A DNA stretch of 64,000 nucleotides from Trichomonas gallinae (GCA_008369845.1 MRSU01011701.1:1-64000), one strand, 5' to 3'. Counted from the first letter of the stretch, positions 22,273-35,100 are shown. Notes: generated by a model from the letters alone, not told the origin. Made by a program: numbers and translations.

Positions 22273-22863
22273 ATGGGAAAGAGTAAACCAGCAACATATC
22301 AATATACTCTTCTTGGTTGCTGCCAGGATGCTTCGGTCATGACGTACACATGCTTTTGCTGTCCATGCCAGTTAGCTCATAACTGGGCTGCAGTTACAAA
22401 TCAAGAATGTGGAGTTGAGCACGTCATCTGTTTGTCAAGCCCGTATTGGACACGCCAATTCCTCCGCCGACGTCGTCATATGGAGAAGGAATTAGTTGGT
22501 GATTGCCTAGCCTTGACATGCTGTTGCCCTTGCTTCATTTGCCAGGACTCCCGCGAAATAGCTAATGGGTACATCAACTTCCCAGAGTCTGAGTTCTATT
22601 ATGGTGAGCAGAAGAAGCCAAAACAAAATCCACCAAATCAGCCACAACCTTATCCACAGCAGCCTTACGCTGCTCCACCACAGCAAGGCTATGCACCTCC
22701 ACCACAGCCTTACGGACAGCCAGGATACGCAGCACCACCTGGATATGCTGTCCCACAAGGCTACGGACAGGCGTCTCCTCAATACATGCCACCTAACTAT
22801 CAGCCTCCACCACCACAGGGCTATGACCAACCACCTCCAAACTACCCTCCAAATCCATACTAA
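22273..22863 (+). CDS. PLAC8 family Cys-rich protein with Pro/Gln/Tyr-rich tail
   Basis: LLGCCQD, TCFCCPCQLAHN, TRQFLRRR, DCLALTCCCPCFICQDSRE; XYPPX-like tail; an alternative ATG at 22246 lies inside the repeat motif. Confidence 0.88.
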   Translation: MGKSKPATYQYTLLGCCQDASVMTYTCFCCPCQLAHNWAAVTNQECGVEHVICLSSPYWTRQFLRRRRHMEKELVGDCLALTCCCPCFICQDSREIANGYINFPESEFYYGEQKKPKQNPPNQPQPYPQQPYAAPPQQGYAPPPQPYGQPGYAAPPGYAVPQGYGQASPQYMPPNYQPPPPQGYDQPPPNYPPNPY

Positions 22864-23289
22864 GATTCAAAATTTGTTTATTTTTTAATTCATAATTGCG
22901 ATAAATCGTTATGAAATACTATTTCTATAAGAAATTCCATTTTATATACAAGAATTCTCATTATTCACTTATTTTAATCATCAAAATTCATCAACAAGTC
23001 AAGTTTGAATCATTTAACTATTGACAAGCAATACAATGTGAACTTTTCAGCTGATTTATTCAAGAATCATATTTTTCCATATTATTTTTGAATTTTAGCT
23101 TCTTTGCTTGCTTTCATTCATAAATTAGTGGATAGTAAATGAAAAGTTAAATGATACAAAAAGATAATAATGTTATTCATAATTTAACAATTAATTTTGA
23201 TTTTTTTTAGAAAAATGAATGTGTTTGGAAAAGTTCGCATTATAGACAAATAGTTTATATCTAATATAAGTGAAACAAAACAAAAATAG

Positions 23290-25737
23290 TTACAAAATCG
23301 ATACCTGCAAGTCAGTCATCATGAATCTATCGATTTCTTTCTTTTTCCTTTTGATGCGGAATAAAACAATGGTTAGTATGGCAGCAGTAATGAGAAGCAT
23401 ACCAGTCACTGCACAAACAAGCAAAATAATCTTTTTCTTATCTAAAATAACATCTACAGCTTCTTTTGGAATAATACTGATGCAAGTTTCGTTGCCGTTG
23501 TTTTTCAAAGCGATATCGAATAATCTTGTCGACGAATTAAAAGCCCAGTGACTGCTGATGAATTCAAAAGAAAGACTTTCTGATGAAAAATTAGAACTGC
23601 AGAGTAATTCAATGGAAAAATCATCCCAGTCACTATTATAGAAAACAGGATCAGTATCATCAAAATAATATAATCTGACATGTAAATTTTTTGTTGCAGA
23701 AAATCTTCCTGCATGTAAATATCCTGATTTAACAATGCTGTAAAATATATCTACGTTTTCTACGCCTTCAACATAATCAATTGAAGCCAAAGTGTTTGTA
23801 TTGATGCTCAATATTTTGCAAGAAGTACCAGGAATAGTTTGTTGCGATGCTGATGATAAATTGAAAATTTCTGGAACGAAAACAACATTCTTCAAATTTA
23901 CATATGAATAACTATTCAACACTAGATTCTTGATACTATAGTTAAGATTCAAAGAAGTGTTGATTATTCCGTATTTGTTGATGACAACAGTTGATTGATT
24001 GCTTAGTATGTTTGATGATACTAAAGATGGAATAATTAAATATGAAGAAAGCTCTAAATATTTTAATGGTTTCGTTATATTAAAGCTCATTCTTGATTTT
24101 ATGACTGAAAATGAGTCTAATTTCGATAGAGATGTAAGTGAATATGATCCTTGCATCATGAAATTATTATTAGTTCGGTTATAAATTACGTTGCATCTGT
24201 CGAATGTTAATATTATTGTTTCGAATTTGCTGATGTTAAAAATATTATTTTGGATTGATAGAATTGCATCATTGATATACGCCGTGATGCCAGAGTATGT
24301 CAAGTACAAATACGTGCTTCTTATGTCTGATTTACCGTGTGATGTCTTGTACAAATTTATTTGCGGGCAAAATATTGATACTGAATCTCTAATTATAGAA
24401 TTAAAAAATCCCAATGCTGTTACACTCCCTGATATCGAAATGAGCTCTATATTGTATAGTTTTGCTGAATTAACCATGTATTCAAGGTTTAGACTGAGTT
24501 TTTGGTTATGAACTGTTCGAATTTTTAAATTTTGAACTACACTGTGTATGTTGATTGGTATTTCTTGGTCGTAATACTGTGTAATATTGATATTCAAGTT
24601 ATTGATGTAGAATGGAAGCTTATAATTCAAAAATTCTTCTAAATTTGTTGAATTTTCAATTTCAGCGACTTTTATATCCATAGACTCAAAACCTTTTGCT
24701 ACTTCTGATTTTGCTCTTAAAACCAAAGAATTCGGCTCTGAATGATCGAAAATGATATCGAAATATGTATCGTTGTATTTTAAGTACCATTCAAGGTTTC
24801 TAATGTAATAATCAGTTGAATAGTTTGCTAGAAGTACTTCCATATCGTTATCAAATCTATCTGTGAATATTGAACCGTGAACAATTTCAATGAAATTTCC
24901 TGATAATAGAAAACGATCATTTTGAATAGAGTTATAGTCAATGTAGCCAACTGTTATGTTTCTAGCTATTATTTGGCTATTTTCTTTCATTTCAAGTCTA
25001 TCTATAAATAAATTTGATTTTGGAATTGAAATCGTTCCAAATGATTTATATCTACCGAATTTAATCTCTTCTGATGAATAATCGAGCAATGTGTCGTTGA
25101 ACTTTTGTTCAAAGTTGAGAAATTTAGCTGTAAATTTGGATTCATATGGGCGACCCATGAATTTTAAACTTCCTGGACACTCAAAATTATAGGGGAATGT
25201 AATTGATTTCGTAGCTACTACTAATATCGAAGAGAGTGTTTTCTTTTTTGTAATAATGTGAAATGGAAAAATATTGGACTCAATAACGAAGTTTGTATTA
25301 GAATATTGCGTGACATAGATATTGCAGTCATCTTTGGGCCAAATCGATGGCAAAATGTAGAAATTTGTATCTTTATTGCAAGAAATATGAATCTTTGTAT
25401 TGTAAACGATATTTGATGCAAATTTGTTATATACATAGATATTACCTGATGTTTCAAACGAAATTGAGCACGAAATATTCGGAAGAATATTTAAACTTCT
25501 GATAATAGAAGATTTATCATGCTCAGTAAGTCGAATATGGCGCCCAACAAGGCAAAGAGTGATATTTTCTGGTATATTTGTAATGATTACCTTGATATGA
25601 CTCTTTTCAAGAATTAATTCTCTATTTTCCTGCATTCCTATACTATCGAAACTGATGTTGTATGTTTCATCTACTTCAAATGCTGTATTCTTGATATTGG
25701 CCGATATTATTCGACCTATAAAAAACAGAAATATCAC
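23290..25737 (-). CDS. Hypothetical type I surface membrane protein; apparent start codon GTG
   Basis: Intact 815-codon ORF; signal-peptide-like N-terminus, Asn/Ser/Ile-rich ectodomain, single TM followed by RIKRKKK. Confidence 0.8.
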   Translation of the reverse strand: MIFLFFIGRIISANIKNTAFEVDETYNISFDSIGMQENRELILEKSHIKVIITNIPENITLCLVGRHIRLTEHDKSSIIRSLNILPNISCSISFETSGNIYVYNKFASNIVYNTKIHISCNKDTNFYILPSIWPKDDCNIYVTQYSNTNFVIESNIFPFHIITKKKTLSSILVVATKSITFPYNFECPGSLKFMGRPYESKFTAKFLNFEQKFNDTLLDYSSEEIKFGRYKSFGTISIPKSNLFIDRLEMKENSQIIARNITVGYIDYNSIQNDRFLLSGNFIEIVHGSIFTDRFDNDMEVLLANYSTDYYIRNLEWYLKYNDTYFDIIFDHSEPNSLVLRAKSEVAKGFESMDIKVAEIENSTNLEEFLNYKLPFYINNLNINITQYYDQEIPINIHSVVQNLKIRTVHNQKLSLNLEYMVNSAKLYNIELISISGSVTALGFFNSIIRDSVSIFCPQINLYKTSHGKSDIRSTYLYLTYSGITAYINDAILSIQNNIFNISKFETIILTFDRCNVIYNRTNNNFMMQGSYSLTSLSKLDSFSVIKSRMSFNITKPLKYLELSSYLIIPSLVSSNILSNQSTVVINKYGIINTSLNLNYSIKNLVLNSYSYVNLKNVVFVPEIFNLSSASQQTIPGTSCKILSINTNTLASIDYVEGVENVDIFYSIVKSGYLHAGRFSATKNLHVRLYYFDDTDPVFYNSDWDDFSIELLCSSNFSSESLSFEFISSHWAFNSSTRLFDIALKNNGNETCISIIPKEAVDVILDKKKIILLVCAVTGMLLITAAILTIVLFRIKRKKKEIDRFMMTDLQVSIL

Positions 25738-25745
25738 TTAAAAAT

Positions 25746-25750
25746 AATGA
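25746..25750 (-). promoter_or_regulatory. Inr core promoter TCATT
   Basis: Matches the trichomonad Inr TCA(T/C)T; the A lies 11 nt upstream of the GTG at 25737. Confidence 0.5.
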
Positions 25751-26888
25751 AATTTCGATTTGAAAATGAGATATGATGTAATAAGCAGAGATGCGTTTAA
25801 ATATAAAGGAATTCTTATTAAATTGAAAGTAAATTTTGAATCGTTATCAATGAATAAGAATAGCAAAAACATTGGATGTTTTGCAGCATGCATGATATAG
25901 CAATTAATTGTATTTCATCTCTCAAAAGTCGAAACATTTTAAAGAAAATGTATGACACAGTATGAATAATGTATTATTTTTTTTTCCCAAAAGAATTGTT
26001 AGATATTCAAAAAATTCAATGAAATATTGAAAATAAATAATGCTATATTAAAAATATTATGCAGAAATAAATGATTTTTGAAATTGTGATTGCGGATAAA
26101 AGTTTCGATTTGATCCGTAAACAATAATGAATATAGTTTCATGGTGGAAATTCGCGAATAAAATTGAAAAGAAAGTGTCAGAAACATTGTGTGATTTACA
26201 AACCATACAAAATTTACGATACGAATTTTTGAAACAAACAATGATTGTCAAAATTGTTCTTAAATATTTCTTTTTTCAAGCAATGTCACTTTTATTTCGT
26301 GTTGAAAACAAATAACTTCTGTTTGCTATGATATGCAGAGGTTATTAAAATTAGAAAGATATATATATGAAGAAATTCATCCAAATGTTCAATATCAGTT
26401 CAGTTTTTAATTGTTGTGGACTAATTGAACATACACATGGAATGTGCGCATAATATAGCAACGAACAAAATAAAAAATTACTTCATTTGAAAAAATTCAA
26501 TAATCAAAAATGACATAACAACTTAATTTTTTTCAATAAAATGAATGAATATATACAAACGGAGTGTCGTATATATAAAAGATAGTTTGAATATTAACCT
26601 TATTTAATGACAACTATTTCATCAATATTTTTTTGGAGTCAAACTATCATCTTATGTTTCCCAATATATTTTACATCTTAATGTATTTATGCTATAAATC
26701 ATATACATATTTTTTGCTTTGTTGTTGAAAAACAAACCAAATAAGGATATCGATGATCACTTTTTTGAGGTGATAGAGTTCATCAATTTTTCTCGATTAA
26801 TAAATATCAAATAAAGATCCAAATATGAGATAATATTGGTGAAGTCCAAACATGATTTAATACAATAATATAAATGAATAGTATAAGA

Positions 26889-28181
26889 TTAATCTCTCTT
26901 AGCATCTGCTTTTTTCAGTCTGAATGCTAAGAATAAAGATAATGTAGAGTTGAGTAATGCAAATATACAAATAAGGCCTAATATATCTTTGGGATCAGAG
27001 CCTTTCATTGCTGTGAGTATGCATGAAACAAGAATACTCTCAGGCACTCTTAAAATTCCCATGATGTGTTTTCTTATATTTGACGGATAAATTCCTGTCC
27101 TTAGGACCCACATTCCGCTGTTAACTGCTCCATCTGCCATCGAAGCGAGCACGAAAGATAAGAAAACATAATTTTTGTTCTCATAGAAGAAATACATACA
27201 AGTCACACATGCGAAATAAGAGGAGAAGCAAGAGAACAAAGCTGTTTGAGAGCTCAACAATAAAATTAAAGCAGCAAATATTTGAGCGCCGTTCATTGAT
27301 GAAATCGAGGATGAATTGAGGATGTTGCTGAATGGTAGAATATCTGTCTTGTCTACTTTATGGAAGACCGTCCATCTTGGCATCATGAGCAAAAGAGAAA
27401 CCGCAGATAAGAAATCTAAAATGAAAAATGCCAAAAAGTTGATTTGCTTCAATGACACAACAAATTCCTTTATTGCTCCAAGTAATCCAACGTTTTTCTC
27501 AATGTTGCGATTGAATGAAGGCATCATAAAGAAAATTAATATTGACGATGAGAAAAATAAAGCAGTCGATCCTAAAAATGATGCTTTGGCACCTAATCTA
27601 GTCGTAACAAATGTAGAAATTTGACCCGAAAGAACATTTAAGCAAAAATTGATCAATGATGAATTTTCTTTAATGATAGCTTGAGATTCTTTTGGTGCAT
27701 TATTCTTTTCTAGTTGTTCAGCAAGCCAATCTTCGAATACTACTCTGTTGGAGGCTGTTGAGATTCCCATCAGTACAGAAGCAGTCAAAAAAGAAAAATA
27801 AGTTCCCCAAAACCTGCAAAATGAGCTTAAGCTGAGCAATAGTGCTGACAGTATTATAAGTTTCTTGTGTCCAATCAAATCGCATACATAGCCAATGAAA
27901 AATCCCCATATTGCAGAAATTATATTATATAAGGACATGATGTTATCGATTTGGCTGAAAGACATTCCTACCTCATGGTATCTATGATGAACATAAGGTC
28001 CTTGGAATATGAATCCAGCCATAAAAGAAAAATAACAAATGAAATAATAACATTGTAGTTTTATCATGTAATTATCTTTAATTTGACGAAGTTTATACCA
28101 TTTGATAAGCTTACTAATTGAACCTATGAGCGTCATTAATATAAAAACAGAAAGAACAAGCGTAGAATTAAGTTTTATCAT
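26889..28181 (-). CDS. MFS transporter, MFSD5/MOT2-like
   Basis: FIFQGPYVHHRY, CDLIGHKK, VVFEDWL, IRKHIMGILRVP; about 13 TM helices; ATG at 28181. Confidence 0.8.
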   Translation of the reverse strand: MIKLNSTLVLSVFILMTLIGSISKLIKWYKLRQIKDNYMIKLQCYYFICYFSFMAGFIFQGPYVHHRYHEVGMSFSQIDNIMSLYNIISAIWGFFIGYVCDLIGHKKLIILSALLLSLSSFCRFWGTYFSFLTASVLMGISTASNRVVFEDWLAEQLEKNNAPKESQAIIKENSSLINFCLNVLSGQISTFVTTRLGAKASFLGSTALFFSSSILIFFMMPSFNRNIEKNVGLLGAIKEFVVSLKQINFLAFFILDFLSAVSLLLMMPRWTVFHKVDKTDILPFSNILNSSSISSMNGAQIFAALILLLSSQTALFSCFSSYFACVTCMYFFYENKNYVFLSFVLASMADGAVNSGMWVLRTGIYPSNIRKHIMGILRVPESILVSCILTAMKGSDPKDILGLICIFALLNSTLSLFLAFRLKKADAKRD

Positions 28182-28190
28182 TAAAAATTT

Positions 28191-28198
28191 GTCACTTT
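28191..28198 (-). promoter_or_regulatory. AAAGTGAC (M2-like element)
   Basis: Lies 9 nt before the MFS ATG. Confidence 0.55.
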
Positions 28199-28414
28199 TA
28201 AATTGAAGTGCTAAAATTTTTAAGTCGCAAAACGCTATATATAGCAACGAAATACAATATAATGTAGAAATTTACATGAATTTTATCAAAACAAAGATTT
28301 TGATTTTATACTTTACATATCATATTATTATTTTTGACACTTTACATTTGACACGTAAGTTGACATGTAAAGTGCCATGTTTTCTTATGTAATTACAAAC
28401 CAATAACCACAGCA

Positions 28415-28555
28415 GTTCCTGGCATCAACATTTGTTAGATATATCATTTTTCATTGTAAAAGCTTATCAATATTAAAGTATGATTACCAAGCAGCTTTGA
28501 TATATGCTTCAAAGAAAAGACACGAAACTGACAAAATCATATGTTATCACTCTTT
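28415..28555 (+). pseudogene. Eroded ankyrin-repeat fragment
   Basis: VPGINI and QAALIYASKKRHETDKII in broken frames. Confidence 0.45.
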
Positions 28556-29431
28556 TTCTCCTTAAATAATTATTCTTGAATTATGAACTTCTAATTTGCA
28601 TATTTAATTTTGGATGATTTGAATTATTTATTATATATGATTCAACACAAAACAGACTTTTGATACTTATTGATTGCAATCTATAATTTTGTATGTTCCA
28701 AATGATCATACTTAATTTACTTTCATTTATAGAAATTCTCTACTCTCAACATGCTATTGTGAATATAATACTTATTTCCACGACATATCTGAGTACTATC
28801 AATAAGTATTAATGATTTTCAATATGATAAATTATATCAACTTACTATAAACCAACTACATGCATATAAGTTCATGCATATTGCTTATATTCAATTTCTA
28901 ATGCATATATCAACACTTTATTATATTGTTATAATTTTTATTTTAGCTTTGTTATTTGGACAATAAATGCATGTATTTTGACTGACAATAACATTTTGAG
29001 ATGCAATTCATGCTTGGTTAAAAAAGAAACAGATTAAAAATGCAAAAATTGATACAATAAGTTAAAAACATGATAATTACTGTGTACTAATGATACAATA
29101 AACAAAATATTCAAATCCCAATATGATACTAAAGTTTATCCATGTATTTGATTAAATAAATTTAATCAATTCAAATATCAAAAAATTATGATATGTTTAT
29201 GTTGCATATTTATTAATTTACGCGAAAGCAATATATGGATATCAATGATTTTTCTAGATCTTGATTTTTATAAAAATTATAATTTTGCAAAAAATAAAAA
29301 ACAACTTGTCTTGCATTTTAGCCGGATAAAATGCTTTAATATGCATCAGAGTGGCTGAATTACATAGATTTTGGGTGACGGCGGACGATTATTTATATAT
29401 AACGATTAATTTTTTTTATAAACCAAAAAAA

Positions 29432-30535
29432 ATGGGATGCCAAAGCTCCATCCCAGGGAAAAACGTACGACCAGCCAATGACAAGAAGCGGGAAAGCAAA
29501 GAAGGCGATAGGAAGGTCAAGGCTGAGCGTAGCGATACGTCAGAAACGGAATCGGACCCTTATGTCCTGCATGCGACAGCTGCACCCCCTCTAATTATTG
29601 GTGCAAAGACTCCAATGATGTCGACAGAGATGTCTCTTGATGGCTTCCAAATCCGCGACTCTCCAAGCTTCTTCAATCCGTTAGAAAAACCAACAATTTT
29701 CGAATACGAGTTCCAACAACACATTGGACATGGTTCAGCCTCTGATGTATTTCTAGTCAAAAATCAGGAAACAGGAATTTTATACGCAGCTAAAGTTTAC
29801 GATCAGGATTATTTATATCGTATGTCAATAGGTGAATCTGTCCCACCGATTGAAAAAGTTTCGCGCGAAATTCAACTAATGTCAGAAATTAATCATCCTA
29901 ACATAGTGCCGTTAATAGAAATATTAGATGATCAACCAACACATTCGTTAATTATCATTCTACCATTCGCAGAAAAAGGCTCTCTCTCAAAAAGCAGCTG
30001 GAAGGCAGACCCACTGCCAGAAGCAGTGGCCAAAAATACATTTAGACAGATAGCTTCAGCACTCCAATATTTACATTCTTTAGATATTATTCACCGCGAC
30101 TTAAAGCCAGAAAACATTTTGTGCTTCGCTGATGGGCATTCAGCTATTAGCGATTTTTCGGTTTCTCTAAAATTAGAAGATCCAAACGAAATGTTAGAAG
30201 ATACAGAAGGAACGCCTGTATTTTACTCACCCGAACAGTGTTCCGGTGATCCGTATTTAGGAAAACCGGCAGACTGTTGGGCGTTTGGCATAGTTCTTTA
30301 TCTAATGATTTTCGGTAAGTTGCCGTTCTTCGAAGCAGATGACGAAGAAATATATAGGACACACTTTTTTCATATATCACAAGTCATTAGTACGGAAGAG
30401 CTTACATACCCAGATTGTAGTCATTTATCAAATGAGCTTGTGGATCTTTTCCATCACATATTAGATAGAAATCCTGCTACGCGATATAATATGGACCAAA
30501 TTTGTTCTCACAAATGGTTCAGCTATGATGAATAG
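29432..30535 (+). CDS. CAMKK/GRIK-like Ser/Thr kinase with predicted N-terminal acylation (MGC)
   Basis: HRDLKPEN, ISDFSVS and TEGTPVFYSPE are typical of CAMKK/GRIK; MGCQSS start in an AAAAATG context. Confidence 0.9.
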   Translation: MGCQSSIPGKNVRPANDKKRESKEGDRKVKAERSDTSETESDPYVLHATAAPPLIIGAKTPMMSTEMSLDGFQIRDSPSFFNPLEKPTIFEYEFQQHIGHGSASDVFLVKNQETGILYAAKVYDQDYLYRMSIGESVPPIEKVSREIQLMSEINHPNIVPLIEILDDQPTHSLIIILPFAEKGSLSKSSWKADPLPEAVAKNTFRQIASALQYLHSLDIIHRDLKPENILCFADGHSAISDFSVSLKLEDPNEMLEDTEGTPVFYSPEQCSGDPYLGKPADCWAFGIVLYLMIFGKLPFFEADDEEIYRTHFFHISQVISTEELTYPDCSHLSNELVDLFHHILDRNPATRYNMDQICSHKWFSYDE

Positions 30536-30921
30536 TAAAATTGTTTGTTATTTATTGATTAATTAGCTATTATTTGTATAGATAACGCAGTGTAAGAAGC
30601 CGACATGCATATATATGCTAATATTATTGAATGAAATGCAAGATATTTGGCTTTTTGTTGTTATGTTATTGCCGATCATTTATTTTCTTAAATATGAGAT
30701 GTGTTTTGAGTTATCAATCCGAATCTCACTCTATTGTACCTGGACAACAATGAAAAATGTTCGTTATTTTCTAAATCCATAGATAATCGATTTATTTAAT
30801 GATATTTTATTTGGTTGATACAACTATATATCAAATATATAACTAAAAAGGTCTGAATTTTGTCAAAAATTTTATTTGAATTATTTCTCATTTGGAAAGA
30901 TATTACAAAAAGAAAAAAGCT

Positions 30922-30992
30922 TGCACCGCCCTGGAATCGAACCCGGACCCCCACCTTGGCAAGGTGAAATTCTACCATTAGACCAGCGGTGC
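30922..30992 (-). tRNA. tRNA-Gly(GCC)
   Basis: GCACCGC TGGTCTAATGGTAGAAT T TCACC TTGCCAA GGTGG GGGT CCGGG TTCGATT CCAGG GCGGTGC A; 71 nt; T-runs downstream act as a Pol III terminator. Confidence 0.96.
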
Positions 30993-31141
30993 TACACTTT
31001 ATAAAATCAAATGTGATATTTCTTATATTATAAATCTGAATTTGAATCAAAAATAATCGAATTTTACATGTCAAAATAATCGGCTAGGTCAAATTTTTAA
31101 AATTTACATGTCGTTTATATATTTCATATCAATCTCTAATC

Positions 31142-31654
31142 ATGATGGATCTAGACTATCTCCCAACAAATGTTATATATAACACATATACTCCAAACAA
31201 TTGGATGGACGAATGCATTAATCCTGACGCAAAGTCAGAAGCAAGGGGAGTGAGTATTTCATTTTTAGGTCCTGTATCAGAATCCACAAAAGAATCAATC
31301 AAAGCTATGCTGTTCAAAGCCCAGTTCAAGCCTGTTCCTCCTGCTCCAGTACCAACAGCTAAAAAACCAGCAAAATTAATAGTCAAAAAACAAACAAAAC
31401 TAAGTTCGAACAGTCTTAATTCAGGAGTAACACCATTAACTAGAGACGTTATTGAAGCAGAACTTAGAACTTTAATGCCAGGATTATATCTTAAAGATAT
31501 GCGTCAGTATGCAAAGAGATTATCACCAATCATATGTGTGCCATATAGGAGTAGCACAACAAGGGATGCAACAATTAATTGGTTTGTTGCAAATTATGAA
31601 AAAATAAAACCAAACTTATCCACAGTTCAAACTATGATACAATCAGGCAACTGA
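31142..31654 (+). CDS. Hypothetical protein with a C-terminal ~45-aa helical domain shared with 43886..44452
   Basis: 170-aa ORF; Inr-like TCATA upstream; MRQYAKRLS...TRDATINWFVANYEKIKP. Confidence 0.75.
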   Translation: MMDLDYLPTNVIYNTYTPNNWMDECINPDAKSEARGVSISFLGPVSESTKESIKAMLFKAQFKPVPPAPVPTAKKPAKLIVKKQTKLSSNSLNSGVTPLTRDVIEAELRTLMPGLYLKDMRQYAKRLSPIICVPYRSSTTRDATINWFVANYEKIKPNLSTVQTMIQSGN

Positions 31655-32157
31655 TATACTATTTTTATTGTTTGTCAATAATATTTGTTTGTAAATTATT
31701 ATGAATACATATTATCAAAAATTATAACGCACAATAATACAATAATATTCTACTCTAAATGTAGGAACTTCATTTTAAGTATTAAAATTGCTTAAAACAC
31801 GAATAATTTTGAAAATGTAAACTAATTGAAAATGTAGATGGTGATTATTATATTAGCTTGTAAAATGAACAATAAATATATTTATCAGTTCTCCATTCGC
31901 GATAATGTTGCAAATGTCAACTCTTCAATCATTTTCTACGATTTCTATGGGAATGTTGTGAGATAGACGAAAAAAAGTATGCTAATATACATTGTATAAT
32001 ACCATGTACACTAAATTTACAGAAATTTAAATCTTTTTTAGCAAAATTAATTTATAATCAACACAAAACCTAAAAAACGCATGTCAATACACTCTTTTGC
32101 TAATAGTACCTATCATATATATAATAAAAATAATAAATTTTATATATAAAAAAGATA

Positions 32158-35100
32158 TTACTGTTGTGAAACAAATAATTTGGCAGGCCCAGAGCGCCAT
32201 TCATCGCGTGCTTTAGATTCTTCTTCTGCGAATTCAAGAATTGATTTCTGATCTAGTTCGAGCTCGTCGATCTTCGAACAAACATAGAGATCTCCGAGTC
32301 CATGCGGGAAGAGTTTCTTAGATTCTCCAATATAAGACCAGTCATTCGCAGCGAATTTTTCTTTAATTTCGTGAATCATCTCTTTAGCTTTGAGTTTAAA
32401 CTTCTCGAGTATTTCCTTCTTCAGGTTTTCATTGTTAACAACCGTGGACATTGATAGGAGTGAAATTGCCAATGTAACGGATTTAAAATTAACATCTGCT
32501 CTGTCGAACAAAGAAATGAAAGCGTTGCAAAGAGTGTTGATATGCTCTCCTTCCTTGTTATCTTTCATGCTCTTGATAACTTCCTGGATAAACTCCATGC
32601 AGCCGCTCAAGTCTTGTATTGGTGACTTCTTGATTGCCACAGACAAGTCATCGACAAAGTCCTTGATCGTGATAATTTCTAGTCTCAACATCTCTGCCAA
32701 TAACTTATAAGCTGTTGCCGCTGTCTTTGGGAGCTCTTTAGTGATTACTTTAATGGACATTGCGATGATCTCTTCTGTGTGCATCTTTCCTATCTTTGGC
32801 AACAGTTTAGTGATGATTTGAACACAGCAAGCAATTGTATGGGTGAGAGGTTCTATGTCGTTTGGATTTAATCCTGGGAATTTTGAGTCCTTGATGACAT
32901 CTCTTGCTAAAGTGTACATATCTTCACTGTGATCGCACTGCGAGTCAATCATGGCCATGAATAATTCAACTGGACGTGGATCTTCTTTCTTCTGGACCAA
33001 ATAAAGAATTCTTGGTGCTGATGCAAAAATGTCAATCTTCGGATCAACTAAATTAATATATTCTGCGAGTGCTGATGTCGCGGCGATTTCCTGGCTCATT
33101 GTTATATTAGTTTGTGTCGGGTAGTTGACAGTGATGGCAGATTTAAGCTGTGGCAAATATGTGGAAACGAACTTCCAGATTTGGTAAGAAATCTGCCTCG
33201 AGTAAGGAATATTTGTTTGCGAGAGCAAATTTACCAAAACCAGAATCTCTTTAGAGTTGTTTTCGTAGTCAACTGCTGCTATAGGAAGAATCTTTCCGAA
33301 AGCTTGCGTCAAGTAGTAAAAAGTGAATGAATTCAAGCCTGAATATGAGTTCAAGCATCTTATCATTGCCTGCAACTGTCCGCTCAACAATGGGCTGCCA
33401 ATCAAAATTCCCGCGTAAACATCGTAGATAACAGAAAGAGCGAATAAAGCGTAAGGAGCTGTGGGCTGTGTCTTAGCAAGCTCATTCAAGTCAAGCATGC
33501 ACTTGAATACTTGATCATCACTAAAGTGGCAGAACTGAATGAGATTTGCGATAACTAAACATTTTCCTACGCAGTGCCAGTCTTTGATCTGGTCGAGCAC
33601 GAAAGATAGCTTGTCTGTCTTGCTGACATATGTTGCCAATGATTCAGCCGAGACTCTCATCCTGTCATAATCTGTGTTCCTCTTGTCCAATGTTTCGAGC
33701 AAGTATTCGATAGTATTCGCTGGCATAAAACGAATCAAGTCCTCTCTGACGAGCGTTAATATGCATGAGTGTATCATCAAGAGTTCTCCGTGCGCGCCCA
33801 TGACATCGTTAACGAATCTTATTGCTGCACCGGGTTTCATTGCTTTGACGAACTGTCCGATAGTTGTTATAACTCTCATCGCGAATGTCGCTGAGTTAAC
33901 ATTCGAATACAGCGGTCCTTTGGTGAATGTTATTATGACAGCGTGGAACAGTAATTCATCCTGCAGCTGCATAGGATTCTTCAGCATCATTAAGATAGAG
34001 TGCATCGGCGGTTTTAAGTTCGTGATTTTGCGGACGAGATTTATTGCGACATCGACCTGACAATCAGGCTTGACGAGGGGCAGATCGAGGAACATGGCCA
34101 TGTTGGATGTGCTGCTGTTAATCAATGTCAGTCTGGCTGCAGCCTCGAGGTATTTGTTTGCTGCGGCTAGATAAGGATGTGAGTATAATGCGCAGTTTAC
34201 TGATCTAACGATTTCTTTCACTGAGTGGCTTGTTATGTCGCATTTGCTTTCCATGATGTCTTTCGTGAGAGAGTTGATTGCCCTGTTGACCTGCTCGAGT
34301 GGGACGATTTCTTTTGGAGTAATGCACAATAATCTAAATGCAGCGTTTGTTTTGTGGGAATATAGCTTGAAATGAGAGAAAGTATCGTCAAGGAACTTCT
34401 GTATATATGATATATAAGGTCTAAGAGTCTTTTCTGGGTCTTCTGATCCGCCAATGATACTTGCTGCAACGAACACCATTCCTTCGACTGTATTTGGTGT
34501 TTCTGTTACATCAGGTGGATTAGCAAGATAAAGTAATGAGCTTTCTAAGTACTGATTTGCGAGATCTGGATATAATTGGGCAAGATAAGCGAAGAAACTC
34601 TGAAGGCCACTTCTAACATCATCATTGATGTTCTGAGCCATCTGTAAAGCGATTGATGCCGTTTCTTGAGCAAGAGTTAATGAATTTGCCAACATTCTCA
34701 AGCACATCAACGTGTTGAACGAAACTCCTTCAGTGGAGATCTTGTTGAAAAGCTTTATTCTTGTTTCGCTGCTGATGTAAGGCAAAAGCTGAGAAACATC
34801 AGAAAGGGACATAACTTTTAACGAGTTAAATAGCGATAAGAAGTGTTCAGCGATGAATTTCGGTGGAACAATATCAAGGAAGTGTCGTAAGCAAGCTGTT
34901 AAGTGTTCTTTGAACAACATGAAAACTTTTGCGGCTTCTTCGTAAAGTTCTTGCGTAGGAGTTTGCCTGATCAACGGCAATGACGCGCAAACAGCAACCA
35001 AATAGCATGCATCATCAATAACGAAGTTTTGAAGATGATCTTTCATTTTGAGGAAATTCAAAAGAATACTATAGAGTTTCGGAACGTCAATGCAATCGCA

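Noticed and set aside
29351..29431. N-terminal extensions in the ORF track (also 18452, 22098, 28247)
   Set aside because: They are AT-rich promoter sequence; downstream ATGs give canonical N-termini
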